Shown here one piece after another: positions 14,473 through 24,344 of a stretch of 64,000 nt of DNA. The stretch's first letter is position 1, and every line of letters starts with the position of its first letter. The notes under the pieces were generated by a model that saw only the letters and a list, made by a program, of their open reading frames with translations, was not told where the DNA came from and made no database searches. Position numbers and translations under genes: made by a program. Source of the stretch: Lama guanicoe (Eukaryota); NCBI GenBank assembly GCA_013239625.1, contig MU053482.1, positions 3,077,168-3,141,167 on the forward strand, written 5' to 3'.

Positions 14473-15366
14473 ATGAAGAAGCAGAGAAACCTTTCCCAAT
14501 TAAAAGAACAAGAGGAATCCCCTGAAAGAAAGATCAATGAAATAGACATCGATAGCCTGCTAGATCAAGATTTCAAAAAAGGAGTGATCACATTGCTGAA
14601 GGAATTAAAAGAGATAGTGTTTAGAGATATAAAATATGTCAAAAATGAAATTGAAGCTATAAAGAAGAGCCAAGTAGAATGGGTAAACTCATTGACAGAG
14701 ATGAGGAATGATCTAATAGCTGTGCAAAGCCGACTAGATAATGCAGAGGAACGAATTAGTGATCTAGAAGACAGGGCAATAGAAAGCACCCATTCAGAAG
14801 AACTACAAGATAAGCAAATAAAAAATAATGAAAATAGCATAAGGGACCTATGGGATAATATAAAGCGTCCCAATCTTAGCATAATAGAGGTCCCAGAAGG
14901 GGAAGAAGGATCAAAGGGGATTGAAAAGGTTTTTGAAGAAATCATGACTGAAAACTTCCCAAACTTAAAGAAGGAATCAGATATCCAAGTACAGGAAGCT
15001 CAGAGGGTCCCAAACAGGAAGAATCCAAATAGACCCACACCAAGACATATCATAATCAAGATGGCCAGAGTCAAGGATAAAGAAATGATTCTAAAGGCAG
15101 CAAGAGAAAAGCAAAGAGTGAATTACAAGGGAACCCCCATAAGGCTCTCAGCTGATTTCTCTACACAAACACTACAGGCCAGAAGGGAGTGGCAAGATAT
15201 ATTCAAAGCCCTGAATGAAAAAAAGATGCAGCCTAGGATACTTTATCCAGCAAGGCTATCCTTTAGGATAGAAGGAGAAATAAAGAGTTTCACAGACAAA
15301 AAAAAGCTGCAGGAGTTTAGCAACACTAAACCCATGCTAAAAGAAATATTGAAAGGGCTATTCTAA
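14473..15366 (+). CDS. LINE-1 ORF1p (297 aa; coiled coil, RRM, CTD)
   Basis: Heptad coiled coil followed by the motifs KRPNL.I..VPE, AAREK, IRLSADFS, ARREW and YPARLSF typical of L1 ORF1p. Confidence 0.97.
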   Translation: MKKQRNLSQLKEQEESPERKINEIDIDSLLDQDFKKGVITLLKELKEIVFRDIKYVKNEIEAIKKSQVEWVNSLTEMRNDLIAVQSRLDNAEERISDLEDRAIESTHSEELQDKQIKNNENSIRDLWDNIKRPNLSIIEVPEGEEGSKGIEKVFEEIMTENFPNLKKESDIQVQEAQRVPNRKNPNRPTPRHIIIKMARVKDKEMILKAAREKQRVNYKGTPIRLSADFSTQTLQARREWQDIFKALNEKKMQPRILYPARLSFRIEGEIKSFTDKKKLQEFSNTKPMLKEILKGLF

Positions 15367-15763
15367 ATAGAAAAGCAGCAGGATGCTACAGAAATGAGAA
15401 ACTTACAACTGGAAAGGTGATAACTCATGAATTACAAATAAAGAAAACACGAAATTATAAAAGAAGACATACAAATCACTGAGAGTGGGAGAGGGAGGCA
15501 GGGAAATATAGAATTTTTTTTCTTTCTTTTTTAAATTTTTTTAACAGTAGGATGGGTTTGAGATCATGTTATTATCAGTTTAATAAAAACGGGTATAGGT
15601 TAATAGATTTACAAAAAAGGGTAACCACAAGTCAAAAATTTACAAGGGAGTCACAAAAATTAAATAAAATCCATGATAATACAAAGGAAAATTACCAAAC
15701 CACAAAAGGAAGAAGAAAGGAACAAAGAGGATATACCAATTCAACTGCAAAGATAAGTTCAAA

Positions 15764-18700
15764 ATGGCAATAAACACACATCTATCATTAATTACTGTAA
15801 ATGTTAATGGACTAAATGCTCCAGTCAAAAGACATAGAGTGGCAGACTGGATAATAAAGCAAGAACCTTCAATATGCTGCATACAAGAGACCCACTTTAG
15901 GGAGAAGGACACATATAGATTGAGAGTGAAAGGATGGAAAAGGATATTCCATGCAAATGGAAAAGCCAAAAAAGCAGGTGTTGCAGTACTGATTTCAGAC
16001 AAAATAGACTTTAAAACAAAGGCCATAAAGAAAGATAAAGAAGGACATTTTATAATGATTAAAGGAGTGATACAAGATGAAGATATTACACTCGTTAATA
16101 TATATGCACCCAATATAGGAGCACCTAAGTACATACAAGAATTACTAACAGAGATAAAGGGGGATATTGATGGGAATACAATCATAGTTGGAGATTTTAA
16201 CACTGCATTAACATCACTAGACAGATCTTCCAGACAGAAAATAAACAAGGCAACAGAGAAATTAAATACTACAATAGAAAAACTAGATTTGGTGGATATT
16301 TTCAGAGCATTACACCCCCAAAAAATAGAATATACATTCTTTTCAAGTGCACATGGAACATTTTCCAGGATCGATCATGTACTTGGACACAAAAGAAACC
16401 TCAACAAATTTAAGAAGATAGAAATTATCTCAAGCATCTTTACTGACCACAATGCCATGAAACTGGAAATCAACAACAGAGAAACAAAGGAGAAAAAAAG
16501 AAAAGCATGGAGATTAAACAATATGTTATTGAAAAAACAATGGATCAATGAGGAAATCAAAGCTGAAATTAAAAAATACCTTGAGACAAATGATAATGAA
16601 AGCACAACCACTCAAAACCTATGGGACACAGCAAAGGCAGTGCTAAGAGGGAAGTTTATAGCGATACAGGCCTTCCTCAAAAAAGAAGAACAATCTCAAA
16701 TAAACAAGTTAACCCACCACCTGAATCAATTAGAAAAAGAAGAACAAAAAGCCCCAAAAAGCAGCAGAAGGAAGGAAATAATAAAGATCAGAGAGGAATT
16801 AAATACAATAGAGATTAACAAGACCATAGAAAAAATCAACCAAACCAAAAGCTGGTTTTTTGAAAAAGTAAATAAAATCGACAAACCTCTGGCCAAACTC
16901 ACAAAGAAGAAAAAAGAGAGAGCACAAATTAGCAAAATAAGAAAGGAAAATGGAGAAATTACAACAAACAAAATAGAAATACAGAATATCATACGAGAAT
17001 ATTATGAAAAACTATATGGAACCAAACTGGATAACCTAGAGGAGATGGACAAGTTTCTGGAAACATACTGTCCACCAAAACTGAATCAAGAAGAAACTGA
17101 ACACTTGAACAATCCGATCACTAGAAAGGAAATAGAAATAGCAATTAAAAACCTCCCTACAAATAAAAGTCCAGGACCGGATGGCTTCACCGGGGAATTC
17201 TACCAAACATACAAAGAAGAACTCATACCAGTCCTTCTCAAACTCTTCCAGACGATTGAAAAGGAGGGAATACTCCCAAACTCATTCTATGAAGCCACCA
17301 TCACCCTGATACCAAAACCAGGCAAAGACACTACAAAAAAAGAGAATTATAGGCCAATATCACTGATGAACATAGACGCCAAAATCCTCACCAAAATTTT
17401 AGCAAATAGAATCCAACAACACATAAAAAAGATTATACATCATGACCAAGTGGGGTTCATCCCAGGGACACAAGGCTGGTTCAACATACGCAAATCAATC
17501 AATGTAATACATCACATCAACAAGAGAAAGGACAAAAACCACATGATCATCTCAATCGATGCAGAAAAAGCATTTGATAAAATTCAACACCCATTTATGA
17601 TAAAAACTCTCGCCAAAGTGGGTATAGAGGGAACATATCTCAACATAATAAAAGCTATATATGACAAACCTATAGCCAGCATAGTTCTCAACGGTGAAAA
17701 ACTCAAAAGCTTCCCACTAAAATCTGGGACAAGACAAGGATGCCCACTATCACCACTCCTATTCAATATAGTCCTGGAAGTCCTAGCCACAGCAATCAGG
17801 CAAGAGAAAGAAATAAAAGGGATCCAAATTGGAAAAGAAGAGGTAAAAGTGTCATTATATGCTGACGACATGTTACTATATATAGAAAACCCTAAAAGGT
17901 CCACAAAAAAGCTACTAGAGCTGATCGAAGAATTCAGCAAGGTAGCAGGTTACAAAATTAATGTTCAAAAATCAGTTGCCTTTCTTTACACTAACGATAA
18001 ATCAACAGAAAAAGAAAGTAAAGAAACAATCCCCTTTAAAATAGCACCCAAAGTAATAAAATATCTGGGAATAAATCTAACCAAGGAGGTGAAAGAATTA
18101 TACACAGAAAACTATAAACCATTGATGAAGGAAATTAAAGAAGACTTTAAAAAATGGAAAGATATTCCATGCTCTTGGATTGGAAGAATCAATATTGTTA
18201 AAATGGTCACACTGCCCAAGGCAATCTACAGATTTAATGCAATCCCTATCCAATTACCCAGGACATATTTCACAGAACTAGAACAAATCATAATAAAATT
18301 TATATGGAACCATCAAAGACCTAGAATTGCTAAAGCATTACTGAAGAGAAAGAAAGAGGCTGGAGGAATAACTCTCCCAGACTTCAGACAATACTATAGA
18401 GCTACAGTCATCAAGACAGCATGGTATTGGTACCAAAACAGACATATAGACCAATGGAACAGAATAGAGAGCCCAGAAATGAACCCACAAACTTTTGGTC
18501 AACTCATCTTCGACAAAGGAGGCAAGAATATACAATGGAATAAAGACAGTCTCTTCAGCAAATGGTGTTGGGAAAACTGGACAGCAGCATGTAAAACAAT
18601 GAAGCTAGAACACACCCTTACACCATATACAAAAATCAACTCAAAATGGATTAAAGACTTAAACATAAGACAAGATACAATAAACCTCCTAGAGGAAAAC

Positions 18701-19561
18701 ATAGGCAAAACATTATCTGACATACATTTCAAAAATTTTCTCCTAGAAGAAATAAAAGCAAGAATAAACAAATGGGACCTAATGAAACTTACAAGCTTCT
18801 GCAGAGCAAAGGAAACCAGAAATAAAACAAGAAGAAAACCTACGGAATGGGAGAAAATTTTTGCAAGTGAAACCGACAAAGGCTTGATCTCCAAAATATA
18901 TAAGCAGCTCATACGACTCAATAAGAAAAAAATAAACAACCCAATCCAAAAATGGGCAGAAGACCTAAACAAGCAATTCTCCAAGGAAGACATACAAATG
19001 ATCAAAAAGCACATGAAAAAATGTTCAATATCACTAATTATCAGAGAAATGCAAATCAAAACTACAATGAGGTATCACCTCACACCAGTCAGAATGGCCG
19101 TCATTCAAAAATCCAAAAATGACAAATGCTGGAGAGGCTGTGGAGAAAGGGGAACCCTCCTACACTGCTGGTGGGAATGCAGTTTGGTGCAGCCACTATG
19201 GAAAACAGTGTGGAGATTCCTCAAAAGACTAGGAATAGACTTACCATATGACCCAGGAATCCCACTCCTGGGCTTGTACCCAGAAGGAAATCTACTTCAG
19301 GATGACACCTGCACCCCAATGTTCATAGCAGCACTATTTACAATAGCCAAAACATGGAAACAGCCTAAATGTCCATCAACAGGTGACTGGATAAAGAAGA
19401 GGTGGTATATTTATACAATGGAATACTACTCAGCCATAAAAACCGACAACATAATGCCATTTGCAGCAACATGGATGCTCCTAGAGAATGTCATTCTAAG
19501 TGAAGTAAGCCAGAAAGAGAAAGAAAAATACCATATGAGATCGCTCATATGTGGAATCTAA
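15764..19561 (+). CDS. LINE-1 ORF2p (1265 aa; APE endonuclease, reverse transcriptase, C-terminal CCHC)
   Basis: Uninterrupted ORF. EN motifs NVNGLN, QETH, YAPN, GDFN, SRID and TDH. RT motifs [17 protein letters not shown] and YADD. C-terminal CWRGC...HCWWEC. Confidence 0.98.
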   Translation: MAINTHLSLITVNVNGLNAPVKRHRVADWIIKQEPSICCIQETHFREKDTYRLRVKGWKRIFHANGKAKKAGVAVLISDKIDFKTKAIKKDKEGHFIMIKGVIQDEDITLVNIYAPNIGAPKYIQELLTEIKGDIDGNTIIVGDFNTALTSLDRSSRQKINKATEKLNTTIEKLDLVDIFRALHPQKIEYTFFSSAHGTFSRIDHVLGHKRNLNKFKKIEIISSIFTDHNAMKLEINNRETKEKKRKAWRLNNMLLKKQWINEEIKAEIKKYLETNDNESTTTQNLWDTAKAVLRGKFIAIQAFLKKEEQSQINKLTHHLNQLEKEEQKAPKSSRRKEIIKIREELNTIEINKTIEKINQTKSWFFEKVNKIDKPLAKLTKKKKERAQISKIRKENGEITTNKIEIQNIIREYYEKLYGTKLDNLEEMDKFLETYCPPKLNQEETEHLNNPITRKEIEIAIKNLPTNKSPGPDGFTGEFYQTYKEELIPVLLKLFQTIEKEGILPNSFYEATITLIPKPGKDTTKKENYRPISLMNIDAKILTKILANRIQQHIKKIIHHDQVGFIPGTQGWFNIRKSINVIHHINKRKDKNHMIISIDAEKAFDKIQHPFMIKTLAKVGIEGTYLNIIKAIYDKPIASIVLNGEKLKSFPLKSGTRQGCPLSPLLFNIVLEVLATAIRQEKEIKGIQIGKEEVKVSLYADDMLLYIENPKRSTKKLLELIEEFSKVAGYKINVQKSVAFLYTNDKSTEKESKETIPFKIAPKVIKYLGINLTKEVKELYTENYKPLMKEIKEDFKKWKDIPCSWIGRINIVKMVTLPKAIYRFNAIPIQLPRTYFTELEQIIIKFIWNHQRPRIAKALLKRKKEAGGITLPDFRQYYRATVIKTAWYWYQNRHIDQWNRIESPEMNPQTFGQLIFDKGGKNIQWNKDSLFSKWCWENWTAACKTMKLEHTLTPYTKINSKWIKDLNIRQDTINLLEENIGKTLSDIHFKNFLLEEIKARINKWDLMKLTSFCRAKETRNKTRRKPTEWEKIFASETDKGLISKIYKQLIRLNKKKINNPIQKWAEDLNKQFSKEDIQMIKKHMKKCSISLIIREMQIKTTMRYHLTPVRMAVIQKSKNDKCWRGCGERGTLLHCWWECSLVQPLWKTVWRFLKRLGIDLPYDPGIPLLGLYPEGNLLQDDTCTPMFIAALFTIAKTWKQPKCPSTGDWIKKRWYIYTMEYYSAIKTDNIMPFAATWMLLENVILSEVSQKEKEKYHMRSLICGI

Positions 19562-19918
19562 AAAACAAAAACAAACAAACAAACAAAAACAAAGCATAAA
19601 TACAGGACAGAAATAGACTCATGGACAGAGAATACAGACTTGTGGTTACCGGGGGGGTAGAGGGTGGGAAGGGATAGACTGGGATTTCAAAATTGTAGAA
19701 TAGATAAACAAGATTACACTGTATAGCACAGGGAAATATACACAAAATGTTATGATAAATCACAGAGAAAAAAATGTGACAATGAGTGTGTATATGTCCA
19801 TGAATGACTGAAAAATTGTGCTGAACACTGGAATTTGACACAACATTGTAAAATGATTATAAATCAATAAAAAATGTTAAAAAAAAAAGAAAAAATCACT
19901 GCATAAAAAAACTTTTAG

Positions 19919-20405
19919 TAAAAGATGTCATAGAATATCTTTATAAATTCAGATAGGGAAAGCGTAAAATACACAAATCATAAGTGAAAAGACTGATAAA
20001 TTCAACTATATTAAATTAAAGATGTCTCCATCAAAAAATAACATAAGAAATGAAGGTAAGTCTCAGACTGAATTACCTAGAAAGTATACAAAAGAATAAG
20101 AGTCCAAAATATCCTTTTAAAAATCCCCACTAAAATCAAAAGAAAAAAAGCAACAGAAAAAAAACATGAACTTAAAATTTACAATAGAGGAAATCAAAAT
20201 GGCTGATAAACATATGAAAAGAAGCTCCAACACCCTAATAATCAGAAAAGTTCAGCCTAATAAATTAATGAGGCATGATTTTAAACCTATCAAAATAGCC
20301 AAAACTGAAGCCTCACAATTCTAAGTTTTTATGAGGGTGGTAGGAAATGGAACTATCATACATACTGCTGTGAGGAATTCAAATGAAGTTAAGATGCACA
20401 TACTT
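19919..20405 (+). mobile_element. Ancient L1 (L1ME/MC-like) fragment that hosts both the full-length L1 and the HTR1D retrocopy; it resumes after 23145
   Basis: Degenerate ORF2 3' motifs (ctgataaattcaactatattaaattaaa, atggctgataaacatatgaaaagaagctc). Sequence is collinear across both TSDs. Confidence 0.7.
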
Positions 20406-23129
20406 AAGAGGAGCGTGCAGGAGCCACAGGGCGGAGGAAGGTGGGGATTGCGAGAACACAGGCCAGGGAAGAGCCCCCGGGGCGGCTGGGTGGGTGGCGC
20501 CTGAAGCTCGGCTGGGGGGCGCGGTGGAGATGAGGAGGCAGCCAGCAGGGAGATGAGGCGCTGCTCCAGATAGCAGGATCCAAGAGGGCGAGCCCGCGGT
20601 CCGCACCTGCGTGTCCGTGTCCGGGAGCGGGCTCAAAACGTTCAGTGTGACAGGAACCAAAATATCTCATGATGTGTCAAGACAAACCTAGAAAGGCTGT
20701 GAGCTGTTAACTGGCCTGCCTCACTGAATCAGCTGATACTTTCTTTTGTCTCCAGTTTTGAAAGTTTCCCAGAGGCAACCTGAAATTCAGAATCTTCTCA
20801 GAATAGGATGAGGGAGATTCTGAAGTTCTCATTAAACACATTTCTCTCTCAAGCTTTGGAAGGAGCCACAATGCCAAAGGCAAGAATCCCAGAGTACTGT
20901 CTACACTGTTGTGATATCCTGATAAATGTCTAACAAATCCAGCTAAGCCTGACCAGTTACTGGGCAAAGTTCCAGAACAATGAGACATCTTGGGATTTAT
21001 CTGGTTGAGGAAAGACCTTTAACTTCCACGTAGCAGTCACTTCAACGTGTTCTTTAAATAGTCGAGGTCTTTGCAAGGTGGTCCCTTCTGATGGCAAGAA
21101 ACAAAAGGATGACCTTATTCCGTGAGCTGGACAGCTGTGAAAGAGGGAGCTGTGTGTGTCTGAGTCTGTGGGAAGAGAGCCTCCTAGAACATCCCCACCA
21201 AACCAGTCAATGGAAGGCCTTTTCCAGGGGGCTCCTAACAGATCCCTGAATGCCACAGACCAGAGGCTTGGGATCCAGGGACCCTCCAAGCCCTCAAGAT
21301 TTCTCCTGCAGTGGTCCTTTCCATCATCACACTGGCCACAGTCCTTTCCAACGCCTTTGTGCTTACCACCATCATCCTGACCAGGAAGTTCAACACTCCA
21401 GCCAACTATCCCACTGGCTCCCTGGCCATGACTGATCTTTTAGTTTCCATCTTAGTCATGCCCATCAGCATCACATACACCACCACCCACACCTGGAGCT
21501 TTGGCCAAATCCTGTGTGACATCTGGCTGTCTTCGGACATCACGTGCTGCACGACCCCCATCCTGCATCTGTCATTGCTCTGGACAGGTACTGGGCCATC
21601 ACGGACGCCCTGGAGTACAGCAAACGCAGGACAGCGGGCCATGCAGCCGCCATGATTGCCATCATCTGGCTCATCTCCGTCTGCATCTCTATCCTACTTC
21701 TCTTTTGGCTGCAGGCCAAGGCTCATGAAGAGATGTCGGACTGCCTGGTGAACACTTCTCAGATCTCCTACACTATCTACTCCATTTGTGGGGCCTTCTA
21801 CATCCTGTTTGTATTGCTTGTCATCCTCTACGGCCACCCGGAACCGCATCTTGAACCCGTCGTTGCTCTAAGGGAAGCGCTTCACCACAGCCCAGCTCAT
21901 CACAGGCTCAGCGGGGTCCTCGCTCTGCTCGCTCAACCCCAGCCTTCATGAGAGGCACTCTCATTCCACTGGTTCCCCTCTCTTTTTCAACCATGTGAAA
22001 ATCAAGCTTGCTGACAGCGTCCTGGAGAGAAAGAGGATTTTGGCAGCTCAAGAGAGGAAAGCCACTAAAACCCTGGGGCTCATTCTGGGGGCCTTCATCG
22101 TCTGCTGGCTGCCCTTCTTTGTTGCATCTCTGGTCCTCTCCATCTGCTGGGACTCCTGCTGGATCCACCCAGCCCTTTTTTTACTTTTGCACCTGGCTAG
22201 GCTATTTAAACTCCCTCATCAATCCAATAATCTGTACTGTGTTTAACGAAGAGTTTTGGCAAGCATTTCAGAAAGTTGTCCATTTCCGGAAAGCCTCTAA
22301 GTCTTATTTGGTGGTGACTTGTTATCTTTTATGTCCTGTAATCCAATTGGAACTGTCTTTTTTATTTTTCCTGAGAGTTGGGTTAATCCTGGTATCTTGG
22401 GTTTTGGTTCAATCAATAGAATTGTACAATGTTCTGTTTTTCCTGTTTTCTTCTTGACCTCAACCACCAAAAGTTGGGCAGCTCTGTGAAAAGGGACAAG
22501 ACTGAAGATGGCATTTATTACAATATTTTCATGGTTCATCCATTTTGGAAGGAATGTGACACATAGCATTTCCCGTTGATGAAATTCAGGTGGAAAGCTG
22601 CCTAACTCTATAGGTAGACCCCAGGCTCAAAGTGGGAGGCTTTCTGGTCTACCTAAGTTTTGTATACCACTCCAAAGAGAGTAGATGAGATTAATGACCT
22701 GGAAAGAGAATTTGGAGTTGGTTGGAGGGATTTCCATTCTGGGTGGCACCTTATTGGAAAATAACTCTCAACTATTCCTTCCACTGAGTCCTTCTTAGAT
22801 TGTTCATGAGGAGAGATCCAGTGTTTAAAGTGCCAAAGACACAAAGTGACAGAAATTCAGAATCCAGGGGCAGGGGAGTGGGATGGTTGGAACCAGATCA
22901 GCTACCCTGTGCCCATCCTCCCCCCTCAATATCTCTGCACCATCTTAATGTTCTGAAGTGAAAACCTACAATTACCCCCAATGAAGTAGATTGACAAGAT
23001 TTGTACCTACCAAGCTTTACAAAATTTTGAACTTTTTCCCCTTGTATTATATTTTTACATCCCATTCTCATTAGAGATTTCAAGGTGTTGAGTCTTGTCA
23101 AATAAAAAGCATGAGACATCAAAAAAAAA
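20406..23129 (+). pseudogene. HTR1D: Processed pseudogene (retrocopy) of 5-hydroxytryptamine receptor 1D; decayed CDS at about 21189-22301
   Basis: Fragments [73 protein letters not shown] and [18 protein letters not shown] match HTR1D. Lesions: start codon changed to ACA, about four frameshifts, TAA at 21869-21871. Retrocopy hallmarks: 15-bp TSD aagatgcacatactt (20391-20405 and 23130-23144), AATAAA at 23101, poly(A) at 23121-23129. Confidence 0.95.
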
Positions 23130-24344
23130 AAGATGCACATACTTGATGACCTAGTTTTTACAGTAATTTCATTATTACTTATTTATCACAGAAGCTCTCT
23201 CCTATGTACCCACGAAGATAAGTATAAAAAGATAGCTTGCACAAGTATTTAAGTAATGAAAAAAGTGAGCACATACTAAATGTAAGAATGAAAGAATAAA
23301 TTACAGTAAAATCACACTATAAATTAAGCTTCCTCTGATTGAAGATGTCAACTGCTGACTGAAACAAAAAATTAAAACTAAAAATTTAATATTCAAAATT
23401 TATAAAACTAAATAATTATCTGAAAATTTAAATACAATTTTCAAGTGATAAGGATTTTGTGGATAGGTTTTTAGTATTTATACTTGTGAATTTAAGATAG
23501 ATTAAAACATCACTAAGACTTTTGGGATACCCTGACAGCAGTGAAAAAAGGAGAGCTAGTGGCTAGTGCTACATACATCAACATGAATAGCTCTCCCTAA
23601 TATAATACTGAGTGAGGAAAGTAAGGTATATAGTGATCCTATAGAATGATAGCATTTATATTTTGCTTAAAAGTGTACAAAGCTCTACTATATATAGACA
23701 GTGATATAAAGACATACAAAGCGTAAATAAAGGTATGGCTAGGACTGAAAACACGAAATTCGGGAGAGTATTTATGTCTAGGAAGAGTAGGCATATATAA
23801 GAGGTTTCAAATATATTTATGATGTTATATTTATTAAACTAGACCCAGATACATAGATTGTTTACAAATATTTCTTTGGAAATAATTTAAAGTTTATAGA
23901 AAAGGTGCAAGAATAAGAATAGTGCACAGAGCACCCATCTACCCTTTACCATGATTCATCTATTGTTAAACTTTTGCTCCAAATGCTTTAACATTTGTAC
24001 TCCTGTGCTAGGATGCCCTCTCTGACTCTTTCTACACTACACTATTTTTTTTCGAGGCATTGGAGTGTAGACATCATGATTTACCCCTAACTACTTCCAT
24101 CTATTTTTCCTAAGAATAAAGATACCTTAACCAAATTATTATCACTCTCAGCAAATTTAACTTCATCACATTATTTTAAGTCTAATCTTACAACCGTATT
24201 CCAATTTTTGTCCACTGATTCAATGATATTCTTTGGAGCTTTTCTCCTACAGTCAGGATTCATTCTAGGCTCGATATTCCACTTAGATGTCTTGTTCTTA
24301 AATATGGAGCATTTCTACAACCTTAAAGAAATTTTTTTAAGAAT

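Larger units (their letters stand above)
12799..19907 (+). mobile_element. Full-length young LINE-1 (~7.1 kb) with both ORFs open, antisense to SBF2 in intron 6
   Basis: TSD aaaacttttag at 12788-12798 and 19908-19918, at a TT|AAAA endonuclease site. Layout: GC-rich 5'UTR starting ggaggacggagaagatggcgg, ORF1, 397-nt spacer, ORF2, 3'UTR with G-rich tract, AATAAA and A-tail. Confidence 0.98.

Noticed and set aside
14565..19059. Hydrophobic antisense ORFs opposite L1 ORF1 and ORF2
   Set aside because: These are the usual shadow frames of A-rich L1 coding strands.
21156..22457. Functional intronless GPCR gene nested in SBF2
   Set aside because: The start codon is lost, there are about four frameshifts and an in-frame TAA, and the 7TM sequence is split over at least five ORF fragments.
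12799..23129. HTR1D copy as a 3' transduction or chimera formed with the full-length L1 in a single event
   Set aside because: Each has its own TSD and tail, they are separated by host ancient-L1 sequence, and the pseudogene is far more decayed than the L1.
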